DNA of 62,052 nt, filler included, from Candidatus Omnitrophota bacterium (GTDB lineage: Bacteria > Omnitrophota > Gorgyraeia > Zapsychrales > JBDRMG01), in NCBI GenBank assembly GCA_043812495.1. It is 7 parts of 7 records of this genome, joined end to end, with 100 filler letters (N's around TTAATTAATTAA, not from the genome) between each part and the next. Parts side by side here need not be neighbours in the genome. Positions count along the whole stretch, not along the records: positions 13,364 to 26,871 come from JBDRMG010000025.1; positions 26,972 to 33,441 come from JBDRMG010000027.1; 5 more parts are not named here. One strand, given 5' to 3'. Position 1 is the first letter of the stretch, and each line of letters begins with the position of its first letter. Of this stretch, positions 17,679 to 27,474 are shown one piece after another. Under the pieces are notes generated by a model. That model was not told where the DNA came from, did no database searches, and was given only the letters and a program-made list of their open reading frames with translations. The position numbers were made by a program, and so were the translations under genes.

Positions 17679-18820
17679 AAAATAATAAAAATTTAAACAA
17701 AGAGACGCTGAGCCGGCCAACATGGGTTGAAATTGATCTTGGAGTCATCCGTCATAACATCAGGCAGCTTAAGAAGATCGCTCAGAAGAAAATGAGAATG
17801 ATCTGTGTCATCAAGGCTGATGCCTATGGTCATGGCGCTGTTGAGGTCTCTCGAGTACTTGAAAGGACAGGCGTGGATTATTTTGCTGTCACCAGCATCA
17901 AAGAGGCCGTCACCTTAAGGCGCGCAGGTTGTCGCAAGCCTATTCTTATTTTTGGTCTTTTTGAGAAACGTTTTATCAGAGAAGTCTTTCGCTATCAACT
18001 GACGCCAACCGTTTGCACGCTCGAAATGGCCAGGGCGCTCAATCAATACGCTCAGAAAGTCAATCAGGAAATCAATATTCATATTAAGATCGATACCGGC
18101 ATGGGGCGGCTGGGCGTCTGGCAGGATGGTGCCCTTGCTTTTGTCCAAGAGATTGTACGCTTAACGTACTTGCGTACGGAAGGTATTTATACCCATTTTC
18201 CCGTGGCTGATTCCGATCGTCCATTTACCTTAAGCCAAATCAAACGATTTTCACGGCTGACTCATCAGCTGATGCGTAAAGGCCTTGTCTTTTTATATAT
18301 ACACTCGGCTAACAGTTTGGGTCTAACGACGTATCCTCAAGCTAATTTTAATTGCGCAAGACCCGGCCTTATGCTTTATGGATTATCTCCTACGGAGAAT
18401 CTTAAAGCTCCAATCAAGCTTAAGCCCGCCATGACCGTTAAATCCAAGATCATGTTTCTTAAAGAGATCGCAAAAGGCCGAAGCGTCAGCTACGGCCGTA
18501 CCTTCATCGCCAAAAGCAAAAGAAAAATCGCGACTCTACCCATCGGATATAATGACGGTTACATGCGTCTTTTATCCAACAAAGCCTTTGTTCTTGTTGA
18601 CGGAAAAAGATGTCCTGTGGTGGGGCGTATCACCATGGATCAGACCATGGTGGATGTCACGCATATCAAGAATGCAGAAATCGAGACAGAAGTTGTTTTA
18701 TTGGGCCGGCAAAAAGGATCCTGCATCAGCGCCGATGAATTGGCTCAGAAAGCGCAAACAATCAATTATGAGATTGTCTGTGCGATGGGCAATCGGCTTC
18801 CCCGCCTTTATAAGAAGTAA
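17675..18820 (+). CDS. alr: Alanine racemase
   Basis: VIKADAYGHG, KIDTGMGRLG, GRITMDQ. Confidence 0.96.
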   Translation: MKNNKNLNKETLSRPTWVEIDLGVIRHNIRQLKKIAQKKMRMICVIKADAYGHGAVEVSRVLERTGVDYFAVTSIKEAVTLRRAGCRKPILIFGLFEKRFIREVFRYQLTPTVCTLEMARALNQYAQKVNQEINIHIKIDTGMGRLGVWQDGALAFVQEIVRLTYLRTEGIYTHFPVADSDRPFTLSQIKRFSRLTHQLMRKGLVFLYIHSANSLGLTTYPQANFNCARPGLMLYGLSPTENLKAPIKLKPAMTVKSKIMFLKEIAKGRSVSYGRTFIAKSKRKIATLPIGYNDGYMRLLSNKAFVLVDGKRCPVVGRITMDQTMVDVTHIKNAEIETEVVLLGRQKGSCISADELAQKAQTINYEIVCAMGNRLPRLYKK

Positions 18821-18843
18821 ATCTTCTTACCAAAAATTCATTA

Positions 18844-19953
18844 TTAAGCGAATTTTGTCCTGATCAGATAAAATGCTATACAGCAGAAAATAAAAGGGGC
18901 AAAACAAGCGGAGACTAGAGGAGCAATCGCGCCGCCTTTGCCAAGAGCGATGGATACGGCTTCAATGACATAATAAAAAAAGCCTATCCCGATGGCAATC
19001 CCGATCGACGTGAATGTCGCAGCCTTTCGTCGTTCTGTCATGAAAACCAACGGAAGTCCCAAAAGGACAATGACAATATTGCGGAAAGGAAAGGCGATTT
19101 TCTGATAAAAATCAACCTTCAGATTGTTCAAGGCCTTGACCGCGCCGCTATGCGAGAAACGATTAATATAACTGTAAAGTTGCTGAATATTCATTGATGT
19201 CACATTCAGTCGTTGTCGTAGAAAATCCTTCGGAGTTTCTTTGATGTCCATCAATTTGAACTCGTAATATTTGATTTTTTCTTTTAATTCTCCGTCGGAT
19301 TCCTCAAAAGAGGTCATTTGGACCTGGTGGAATTTCCAGGCGATGCCTGTCCAGACGCCTTCCAGAGCAACAATCTTTTCGCGCATATTTTGGCGGTCAT
19401 CCTGACCGATAATCGTGATGCCTTTAAGTTCGTAGGTATTGGGATCGAAGGAATCAATAAAAAAGAGACGATTTTTTAGGCCATAGAAAGTGAGATTTTT
19501 GATGTCGGCCTTTTTCTTTCGCTCGGTGTCCACTTGAAGAATGATGTTTTCATTGCGGATATCTTCGGAATTTGCAGAAGCTTGAGGCACATAACGTTCA
19601 TTCACCCAGAAGGCCAGAGCCGACACGATGAGGGCAAAAGAAAGCGCAGGCTTGGCGATGCGCCAGAAATTGAGCCCGCTTGAACGCAAAGCGATGATTT
19701 CATTATTATTGTTGAGGCGGCTGAATGTGAGCAAAACAGCCAAAAGACAGGCGATGGGTGAAGTATGGATAAAAATAACCGGAAGAAACGTGGAATAATA
19801 AAGAAGTAAGATATTAAGTGGAACCTTTCGATCGATGATTTCGCTTAAATTACTAGCCACGTCAATGAGGATGTACAGAAAGCAGAAAATCAGAATCGTG
19901 GATACAAAAATCGAGATCACCGAATTTGAGATATAGCGGTCTAAGATACGCAT
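18844..19953 (-). CDS. lptG: LPS export permease, LptF/LptG family (LptG position)
   Basis: MRILDRYI, NEIIALRSSG, 3+3 TM layout. Confidence 0.85.
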   Translation of the reverse strand: MRILDRYISNSVISIFVSTILIFCFLYILIDVASNLSEIIDRKVPLNILLLYYSTFLPVIFIHTSPIACLLAVLLTFSRLNNNNEIIALRSSGLNFWRIAKPALSFALIVSALAFWVNERYVPQASANSEDIRNENIILQVDTERKKKADIKNLTFYGLKNRLFFIDSFDPNTYELKGITIIGQDDRQNMREKIVALEGVWTGIAWKFHQVQMTSFEESDGELKEKIKYYEFKLMDIKETPKDFLRQRLNVTSMNIQQLYSYINRFSHSGAVKALNNLKVDFYQKIAFPFRNIVIVLLGLPLVFMTERRKAATFTSIGIAIGIGFFYYVIEAVSIALGKGGAIAPLVSACFAPFIFCCIAFYLIRTKFA

Positions 19954-21035
19954 AATTTATAATTGAGAAATAGTGCCGCCAGTCCTCCGAGGATGTTGGG
20001 AATCCACATCGTGATGTAGACGGGTGAAATGTTTTGGATGCTTAAGGCTTCGCAACCCAATGATAATAAATAATACGACGCCGCACACAAAACCGCCAAA
20101 AGGACATTGGCGGATTTTTCATGACGATGCGTGATAACGGCAATCGGAAAACCTAACAAGACGAACACAAGAACAGAGAACGACCATGTGATTTTGCGAT
20201 GGTATTCGGTGACCAAAGGAGAGGTATCGACAAACAGTTTATTCAATTCCCGAATTTTATCCTTGAGTTCTCTGAGCGTCATGCCTTTGGGTTTCTTCTC
20301 GACATTTTGATCTTTATCTTTGGATAAATCGAGCGTCATAAAATAATTTTTGAAATTGAGCTTATAAAAGCTATTAGGATTATCAAAATTTGGCTCATCG
20401 GAGGTCCCGTTCATCAATTTGAGTTTGATTTTGCTTTCGCCCGGGATAGGCGTGAATTCTCCTTCTCTCGCGATAATGGTGCGCGTGGGCTTTCCGTCCG
20501 GTTGCGGCTGGTAGATACGGATATTATAAAGTCTGTTTCCCTCAATCCGATAGATAAAGAGGATCTGATCTTTGAAGGCATTGATAAAAGCGCCGGCTTC
20601 CAAAACAGCCGTCGGATTCTTGGCGCCGATATTTTTGAGGATCTTTCTTTGTTCATAATGCGCATAAGGGATGACGCGTTCATTGAGAACAACGCAAAAG
20701 AGACTCAAAATAAGTCCAAGAATGATCAGGGGAAACAAAATGCGCTTAAGATTAATGCCGCTTGCGCGCAATGCCAGAATCTCATTGTCATTAGAAAGAC
20801 GGCTGAATGTCAAGATTACGGTCGTCAAACAGGCGATAGGCAACGTATAGCCTAAAAGCAAAGGAACATGAAGCAAAAAGACTTGGCCGACGGATGCGAG
20901 GCTGACGCCCTTGTTGATCACCAGATTCGCCAAACGAATCAGATTACCCAATAAAAAAACACTCGTTAAGACGCCCAGGGAAAGGATAAACGGAAGAAAG
21001 CTTTCTCTTAATATATAGTTTCTTATGATTTTCAT
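19941..21035 (-). CDS. lptF: LPS export permease, LptF/LptG family (LptF position)
   Basis: RLSNDNEILALRASG, WIPN. Confidence 0.85.
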   Translation of the reverse strand: MKIIRNYILRESFLPFILSLGVLTSVFLLGNLIRLANLVINKGVSLASVGQVFLLHVPLLLGYTLPIACLTTVILTFSRLSNDNEILALRASGINLKRILFPLIILGLILSLFCVVLNERVIPYAHYEQRKILKNIGAKNPTAVLEAGAFINAFKDQILFIYRIEGNRLYNIRIYQPQPDGKPTRTIIAREGEFTPIPGESKIKLKLMNGTSDEPNFDNPNSFYKLNFKNYFMTLDLSKDKDQNVEKKPKGMTLRELKDKIRELNKLFVDTSPLVTEYHRKITWSFSVLVFVLLGFPIAVITHRHEKSANVLLAVLCAASYYLLSLGCEALSIQNISPVYITMWIPNILGGLAALFLNYKLCVS

Positions 21036-21049
21036 CCGATCATCCTATA

Positions 21050-21778
21050 TTAACGGGCAATGGATAGCGTCAGCACATTAACTTTCTTGGCTCCGGCTTG
21101 CTTGATCACAAAGGCCGCTTCGGAAGTCGTCGCTCCCGTTGTCAAGAGATCATCAAACAGGAGTACGGATTTCTGGCGCACTTCGCTGGAATTTTCTATT
21201 TTAAAGGCCCCGTGGATATTTGTCCAGCGTTCCTTTTGGCTTAATAAAGCTTGATTCCGTGTATTTTTGACACGCGTAAGATTTCGTTGCGAGAATTTTA
21301 TATGATAGATCTGGGAAATGCTTTGGGCGATCAATTCAGATTGATTATACCCTCTTTCTCTAAAACGCGTAGGATGCAAGGGAACGGACATAGCCATATC
21401 ATAGGCGGTCATGTCGATATGGTAAGCTGAGACAAAAGAACAAACAAAGTTCGTAAAGGTTTTTCTTAAAAATGTCTTCTGGCCGTATTTGAAGGAGTGA
21501 ATCAATTTTTTCATGGCATCATTATAAAATGTGGCGGACCAAGCACGGTCAAAATGATAATGTGTTTTCCGGCATTGAGGACATACATCCTGGGAAGGAT
21601 CGTCAAACAGATACCGGGAACAATGAAAGCAGAAAGGAGGACGGTTGAATTCAATCGTTTCAAAACACCGGGGGCATAAAAAATGCTCAGTGGCGTTTGA
21701 CGCCAGGTGTTTCTGACAAATAACGCAATGACTTGGATAGATTAATTCCAATAATCCGTCGCTTATTTTCTTAAACAT
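21050..21778 (-). CDS. comF: ComF-family double zinc-ribbon phosphoribosyltransferase-like protein
   Basis: CxxC pairs, RGYNQS, DDLLTTGAT. Confidence 0.92.
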   Translation of the reverse strand: MFKKISDGLLELIYPSHCVICQKHLASNATEHFLCPRCFETIEFNRPPFCFHCSRYLFDDPSQDVCPQCRKTHYHFDRAWSATFYNDAMKKLIHSFKYGQKTFLRKTFTNFVCSFVSAYHIDMTAYDMAMSVPLHPTRFRERGYNQSELIAQSISQIYHIKFSQRNLTRVKNTRNQALLSQKERWTNIHGAFKIENSSEVRQKSVLLFDDLLTTGATTSEAAFVIKQAGAKKVNVLTLSIAR

Positions 21779-21785
21779 AGCGGAT

Positions 21786-21814
21786 ATATTAGCATTTGAA
21801 TTTTATGCTGTCAA
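21786..21814 (-). promoter_or_regulatory. Promoter for comF-lptF-lptG
   Basis: TTGACA-17nt-TAATAT (TGn extended), ending 7 nt before the comF ATG. Confidence 0.55.
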
Positions 21815-21885
21815 ACATGCATTCTTAACTTATTGGGCAAGAATAAGTTAAGCTAGGAACAAGTTTTTTCTTCTAAGAAATACGC

Positions 21886-21914
21886 TTGTCAGAGAAAAAC
21901 AATCAGCGTATAAT
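21886..21914 (+). promoter_or_regulatory. Promoter for the olsB/olsA-like genes
   Basis: TTGTCA-17nt-TATAAT. Confidence 0.7.
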
Positions 21915-21954
21915 AATTTCACTTTCAAAGCATGGAAAACTAATAAAATTTAAT

Positions 21955-22758
21955 ATGCAGAACCTCTCGAATTTAAAAATAAAAATCAGATGTAGCCCTG
22001 AAGAACTCAGCGAAGCGCAGAAGCTTAGATTTCAGGTCTTTAATCTTGAGATGAACTCCGGCCTCAAATCTTCTTATGCCACCGGACTTGATCAGGATGC
22101 CTTTGATGAAGACTGCGAACATGTGATCATAGAGGATACAAAACATCATATCGTGATCGGAACGTACCGCATGCTTCTCGATCAAGTGGCCAGGAAACGC
22201 AAGGGATTCTATTCAGAAAAAGAATTTGATTTGAGTCCACTCTTGCGTCTTGAAGGGGGACTCTTGGAGGCGGGTCGTTCGTGCATCCACAAGGATTATC
22301 GTCGAAAATCCATCTTAAGTTTTCTTTGGCAGGGCATTGCTCAATATGCTATAGAGCATCATGTGCGGTATATTTTTGGCTGTGCCAGTATTTTTACGGT
22401 GGACCCCAGGAAGGTCAATCAAACTTTTTGCATGCTTAAGAAGAAAAGATATTTTGCAGATCTGGATGTTCACCCCAAGGACAAAGAGCATGGGATTTCT
22501 ATTAACGAAGACCTTCCCTGTGAACATCCGGAAGAAATCTTCAACGAGCTTCCTCCTCTTTTCAAAGGATACTTGAATCTAGGGCTGAAGGTCTGCGGTA
22601 CCCCTGCGATCGATAGAGAATTTCAAACCACTGATTTCTTTGTTATCTTAGATATTAAACACATGAATCCTTCCTATAAAAGACGTCTCTTCGGAAATTA
22701 TCTTGAGGAGAATAGTGCTTCCTCTAAGGCCGAAAGAAAGCTCTATGCGAATCCTTAA
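21955..22758 (+). CDS. GNAT N-acyltransferase, OlsB-like
   Basis: AQKLRFQVFNLE, DQDAFD, GTYRML, GFYSEKEF, EAGRSCIH, LPPLFKGYL, PAIDREF; ATG 21955 lies downstream of the promoter. Confidence 0.85.
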   Translation: MQNLSNLKIKIRCSPEELSEAQKLRFQVFNLEMNSGLKSSYATGLDQDAFDEDCEHVIIEDTKHHIVIGTYRMLLDQVARKRKGFYSEKEFDLSPLLRLEGGLLEAGRSCIHKDYRRKSILSFLWQGIAQYAIEHHVRYIFGCASIFTVDPRKVNQTFCMLKKKRYFADLDVHPKDKEHGISINEDLPCEHPEEIFNELPPLFKGYLNLGLKVCGTPAIDREFQTTDFFVILDIKHMNPSYKRRLFGNYLEENSASSKAERKLYANP

Positions 22759-23578
22759 ACTTTGCCTGGTAGCTCTGAGCTTTTTGTTTTATCTGATCAT
22801 TACTGCCATTCTCCATGTTCTGGTGACTTTGTTGAGGCCTTCGCGTCGATGGCAACTCATGAGCAGCTTGAGCTATATTTTGATTCGGTCGATCGGCCGG
22901 ATTTTGGGGTTAAAAATCGAGGTTCAGGGACAAAAAGAATTCTTGCGCGAAAAAGGCAATTTTTTGATCACACGTCATGTGAGCTATGTGGATGGCTTGA
23001 TTCTCGGCGGACTTTGCCCCGCGATCTTTGTTTCCAAGAAAGAAATTCAAAGCTGGCCTTTGATCGGCCAAGTGATCGCGATATCGGGAACAATTTTTAT
23101 TAATCGAAAAGAAAGAATCAAAGCTGTGTCCTCCATAGAAACAATCAGCAGGCTGTTAAAGAATAAAACAAATATCATTGTCTTTCCCGAAGGAACATCG
23201 ACCGACGGCGACAGCATTCTTTCTTTTCAAACACCGTTTTTCCAATCTCCTATTGTTGCTCAAGCGGACGTACTTATTCTGCGCGTGCAATATCATTCTG
23301 TGGATGGGCAACCAGTCGATCAGAAAAATAAAGATCAACTGTTTTGGTACGGAGATATGAACTTTTTTAGTCATTTCTGGAATCTTTGTGGTTTTCGGAC
23401 CATCACCATTAAGGTTTCCATGATTCGTAGAGTTCCGACGCGTGGTATGGAGAATACCTCTGTCGGACGGAAAACATTAAGCGAAAAATGTTACCAAATC
23501 ATGCAGGACGCCCATTATAATGAGAAACGATGTTCTTCGCTTGAAAGAGAAAGCCACGCAATTGTCGAAATATTATAA
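22745..23578 (+). CDS. PlsC/OlsA-family lysophospholipid acyltransferase
   Basis: HVSYVD (HxxxxD), FPEGTS, WYGDM. Confidence 0.88.
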   Translation: MRILKLCLVALSFLFYLIITAILHVLVTLLRPSRRWQLMSSLSYILIRSIGRILGLKIEVQGQKEFLREKGNFLITRHVSYVDGLILGGLCPAIFVSKKEIQSWPLIGQVIAISGTIFINRKERIKAVSSIETISRLLKNKTNIIVFPEGTSTDGDSILSFQTPFFQSPIVAQADVLILRVQYHSVDGQPVDQKNKDQLFWYGDMNFFSHFWNLCGFRTITIKVSMIRRVPTRGMENTSVGRKTLSEKCYQIMQDAHYNEKRCSSLERESHAIVEIL

Positions 23579-23592
23579 CTGTATTTGCTTGG

Positions 23593-23712
23593 CCTCCGCA
23601 CCAATTATGAAATAATTGGTGCGGAGGTTAATTCGGTCATGCGCTTATGTTCTGCCCCGCCCGCCACTGAATCAATGGCGGGCGCGGCATCCATAAGCGC
23701 AGACCTCATTAA
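23593..23712. repeat. Composite palindromic intergenic repeat, copy A
   Basis: CCTCCGCACC..GGTGCGGAGG hairpin followed by TTAATTCGGTC...GACCTCATTAA enclosing CCGCCACTGAATCAATGGCGG. Confidence 0.8.
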
Positions 23713-23742
23713 AAAGATATGGTTGTTAACTAAAACTCTGCC

Positions 23743-25479
23743 ATGAAAGAATTCAGTCAAAGCCCCACTTTGATATTGATTTTTATACTCGGTGTGATCT
23801 TTTTTTCCCAAGGGTTAAATATCCATGGGATAGAATACCGAGATGACGAAATATTTTATTTCAACAGCACAAAGGAAATGTTCGTCACGGGAAATTATCT
23901 TTCACCCGTCTATTTCGGCGAAAATCGTTTTCAGAAACCGATTCTGTTTTATTGGTTGATTCTCATCAGCTATCAGATCCTTGGTGTAAGTTGGCTGGCG
24001 GCACGATTACCGTCCGTGGTGGCTGCGAGCATTACTGTGGCCTTGACCTACCGGATGGCCAAGGAATATTTCCATCAGAAGACTGCTATCTTGAGTGTGA
24101 TTATTCTGGCCACAACCCCGATGTTTTTTAGGCACGCCAAGAATTCCGTTCCGGATATGATGCTGAACATGTTTATTGTTCTGGCCGTCTATTGGATGCT
24201 TCAATTCTTTAAAGACCCTTCACAGAAGAGATTCAAATATTATTTCTTTGTGAATTGTGCGCTTGGTTTTATGATCAAAGGTTTTGCAGCTATTGTAATC
24301 CCATTTCTGATACTCTTCGCGCTGGTGGTTGCGCAAAAAAGATATTCACTTCTCAAGTCGATCAACTTTCCGGCAGGCCTTGGGATCCTTGTTGCTCTTA
24401 TTTTGCCTTGGTTTCTTTACATGATTCATCTGCACGGCCAGGGCTATCTCCAATACATGCTTCAGGTGGAAACCATGGATCGCTTGGTGACTCAGGGAGG
24501 GCAGAATATCTTCTTAAAGTTTATGTCGATGATATGGAAGAATTCGTTATTTTATTTGCAAACAATTTTGTCTTATTTTGCCCCTTGGTCTGTTTTTGGG
24601 TTGATTGCGATTCCGCTTGGCTTCCGGGAGCTTCGCAAGAAAACAGATCATCGCGAAGGATTATTGGTCATGTTGATATGGTTTTTTGTTGTCTTTGGTT
24701 TTTTTGCGGTCATTGCCCATCGCATCAATCATTTGATTTTGATTCTGACAACACCTTTCGCCATCCTTCTGAGCCATTTCTTTCTGACTTCTTTTGATCA
24801 TGCGCATTGGTCCTTGAGGTTGCTGGACAGAGCCAGGGTCACTTTGATTATTTTGATTCTCTTGAGCGGTTTGATCGGAATTTCTTTTGTGAAAGTTTTT
24901 CTATTGGGATCAAGCAAGATGTGGATTATTGTTTTCTTGAGTATTTTTCTGGGAAGCCTTATTTTGTCGATGAAAAACAGACAACCAATGGCGGCACCTT
25001 TAATTTTAGGAATTTTTCTTATCCTTTGTTTCTCACAAACAGCCTTGCTTTCCCAGGCGAGACTGACGGCTCATTCTTCGCTGCAAAGTTTCGCCCAAAC
25101 GATCCGTCAAAAGGCCAAGGCAACGATCATTATCGGAGTCGGCAGTCATGATATTCATGAGAAAGAATTTCAGGCCTATTTCGATCAACAAATTGTAAAG
25201 GCTGCTTCAAGCGATGATCAACAGACAAGGCAATGGTTGCATGAACTTTTAAACAACCCTCAGGAAGTGTATTGCTTGATAACTCGCCGTGATTATGAGA
25301 GGCTGATTGACGATTCTTTCAAAAAGAATATCGCTGTTATTCAGCAAGATGATATGTTCAGGCGGCGCATCAAGATCGATAAAAAATTTTTTATGGCTTT
25401 GGCCAAACTCGACCAAAAGACTGTTAAGCGCTATTTTATGGAAGACGTGATTTTATTCAGAAAGGATGCGCATGATTGA
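23743..25479 (+). CDS. ArnT-like GT-C glycosyltransferase
   Basis: DE..Y, RFQKPILFYW, RLPS, KG motif, many TM helices. Confidence 0.88.
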   Translation: MKEFSQSPTLILIFILGVIFFSQGLNIHGIEYRDDEIFYFNSTKEMFVTGNYLSPVYFGENRFQKPILFYWLILISYQILGVSWLAARLPSVVAASITVALTYRMAKEYFHQKTAILSVIILATTPMFFRHAKNSVPDMMLNMFIVLAVYWMLQFFKDPSQKRFKYYFFVNCALGFMIKGFAAIVIPFLILFALVVAQKRYSLLKSINFPAGLGILVALILPWFLYMIHLHGQGYLQYMLQVETMDRLVTQGGQNIFLKFMSMIWKNSLFYLQTILSYFAPWSVFGLIAIPLGFRELRKKTDHREGLLVMLIWFFVVFGFFAVIAHRINHLILILTTPFAILLSHFFLTSFDHAHWSLRLLDRARVTLIILILLSGLIGISFVKVFLLGSSKMWIIVFLSIFLGSLILSMKNRQPMAAPLILGIFLILCFSQTALLSQARLTAHSSLQSFAQTIRQKAKATIIIGVGSHDIHEKEFQAYFDQQIVKAASSDDQQTRQWLHELLNNPQEVYCLITRRDYERLIDDSFKKNIAVIQQDDMFRRRIKIDKKFFMALAKLDQKTVKRYFMEDVILFRKDAHD

Positions 25480-26161
25480 TTATTCGGTTGTGATTCCGGT
25501 TTATAATGAAGAAGAATCACTAGATCCTCTGATGCAAGAATTGGAAGTGCACATACAAAGGCTCGAGGGCTCCTATGAGATTGTTTTTGTTAATGATGGA
25601 TCATCGGACCGTTCCTTGACTATTCTGGAACGGTTTCAGATGAATCATCCCGAGTGCATTCGCATCATCAATCTTTCAGGAAGAAAAAAGCAAACACTGG
25701 CTTTATGTGAAGGTCTTTATGCTGCGCAAGGACGCGTTGTCATAACGTTAGATGCGGATCTTCAAAATGATCCGGCTGATATTCCGGCCCTCATCAAGAA
25801 AATGGATGAAGGCTATGATGTTGTGTGCGGCTGGAGAAAAAACAGAATGGACACGCCTTTGAAAATGGCTTTATCCAAGCTGGGTAATATTCTCCAACGC
25901 CTGTTTACCGGGATGAAGATTCATGACATTTCTTGCACCCTGCGGGCCTACAAAAAAGAATGTATTGATCAGCTTCATTTGACTTGGGAAGGACAACACC
26001 GTTTTATTCCTTTGCTTTTAGCACAGAAGGGATTTAAAATAGGTGAGATCATTTCGCATCATCGTAAGCGTCAGCATGGATACTCCAAATACAGCCACAA
26101 GAGGATCTTTAAGGTCATGCTCGACTTCTTCAAAATTATTTTTTCGAAAGGACGACAATGA
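25472..26161 (+). CDS. GT2 polyprenol-phosphate glycosyltransferase (ArnC/DPM1-like)
   Basis: VIPVYNEE, DGSSD, DADLQNDP, HRFIP. Confidence 0.9.
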   Translation: MIDYSVVIPVYNEEESLDPLMQELEVHIQRLEGSYEIVFVNDGSSDRSLTILERFQMNHPECIRIINLSGRKKQTLALCEGLYAAQGRVVITLDADLQNDPADIPALIKKMDEGYDVVCGWRKNRMDTPLKMALSKLGNILQRLFTGMKIHDISCTLRAYKKECIDQLHLTWEGQHRFIPLLLAQKGFKIGEIISHHRKRQHGYSKYSHKRIFKVMLDFFKIIFSKGRQ

Positions 26162-26445
26162 ATCTCTGGATCGCTTTCGGTCTTTTCGGTCAGATTTTAT
26201 TCGGCTTGAGGTTTATCATTCAATGGATTTGTTCGGAACGAAAAAAACAAAGCTATATTCCTTTGGTTTTTTGGTACTTGAGCATTTCGGGAGGGATCAT
26301 TCTTCTGGCGTACGCTATTTACCGGAAGGATCCTGTTTTTATCCTCGGGCAATCGACAGGGCTCTTTGTTTATGTACGTAATCTGATCTTGATTGCTCAG
26401 CATAAGAAAAAACTTCAACCCACGTTCAATGAAGAGAATTCTTGA
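26158..26445 (+). CDS. Lipid A biosynthesis N-terminal-domain (LAB_N) membrane protein
   Basis: GQILFGLRFIIQW..SE...P..FWYLS..GG...Y....DPVFILGQ. Confidence 0.88.
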   Translation: MNLWIAFGLFGQILFGLRFIIQWICSERKKQSYIPLVFWYLSISGGIILLAYAIYRKDPVFILGQSTGLFVYVRNLILIAQHKKKLQPTFNEENS

Positions 26446-26479
26446 TTGGAAGAATTTCTTTCTTAAAGGAGAGCAAAAA

Positions 26480-26773
26480 ATGAAAAAAACTATTTTCTTG
26501 CTGTTGATCACTGCTTTTTTAAGCACACAAGCATGGGCCGTTCAATCAGGGATGAAAGTTCTCGCGAAAGAAGATATTGAGAAATTATCGGACAGTAATC
26601 TGTTGGAAGCTTTTACCGAGATAGTTGTTGAGATCGAAGCCTCCAAAGCCCTTCATAATAGCTCGGGGTTTACACCCGATGATTATGAGACTTTCAAGAA
26701 TTTGCTGCGCTATCGCATTCGCTTGATTCAAGAAATGAACAAAAGAAAGCTAGAGCTTCCGCAGGTTGAATGA
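26480..26773 (+). CDS. Hypothetical exported protein
   Basis: AAGGAG SD; signal peptide MKKTIFLLLITAFLSTQAWA. Confidence 0.75.
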   Translation: MKKTIFLLLITAFLSTQAWAVQSGMKVLAKEDIEKLSDSNLLEAFTEIVVEIEASKALHNSSGFTPDDYETFKNLLRYRIRLIQEMNKRKLELPQVE

Positions 26774-27129
26774 GTTCGAAGGATGGTGAGATTATATGAT
26801 ATAAAGTCAAGTTTTGTGACCTCTTTTTGTTAGACAGGTGATAGATTAAAAGAAAAACTCACCATCTAAACNNNNNNNNNNNNNNNNNNNNNNNNNNNNN
26901 NNNNNNNNNNNNNNNTTAATTAATTAANNNNNNNNNNNNNNNNNNNNNNNNNNNNNNNNNNNNNNNNNNNNACAATGTAAAGAAGCTGTCGCGTCTCTTA
27001 TCATCATCGACTCTACTTGCTTGTTATCAAAGAACCCTAAAGCGGCTGAAATCCTCAAGATTAAATCACAAAGGTTTAAAGAACGGCTCAAAAATTAACA
27101 AAGTCCTGTTAAATAAAAAAGAACCATAG

Positions 27130-27363
27130 TTAACGCCTGGGACGTTTCCGCGAGGGTTTCTTTTTCAGCTGATCCGGAATAGACATGATTTTATCGGGAA
27201 TACTGGCAAGATAGGCTTTCAAATTATTCCAATTGACGTGGTATTCATCTTTTTGTGTCGCTAACGATCTGTCAAGGACGGTTTTCTTCTGAATGAAATG
27301 GCTTTGCTGACCAATAAAAGCAATGATAAAAATAACAATAAGCACGATCAGAAAAGTTCTCAT
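27130..27363 (-). CDS. Small hypothetical membrane-anchored protein
   Basis: AAGGA SD; N-terminal TM helix. Confidence 0.6.
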   Translation of the reverse strand: MRTFLIVLIVIFIIAFIGQQSHFIQKKTVLDRSLATQKDEYHVNWNNLKAYLASIPDKIMSIPDQLKKKPSRKRPRR

Positions 27364-27474
27364 AGGGCTTGTCCTTTTATGTTATGGTTAATTATGTTGT
27401 ATTCTGACATTGTTAATAATTTAATTATGTTATAAGTAAACCTAAGTAAGTTCGAGTAACTCAGTTATGTTTAT

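Noticed and set aside
26781..26871. GATGGTGAG...CTCACCATC inverted repeat at contig end as an IS end
   Set aside because: Only 9 bp, no transposase visible, and truncated by the contig break.
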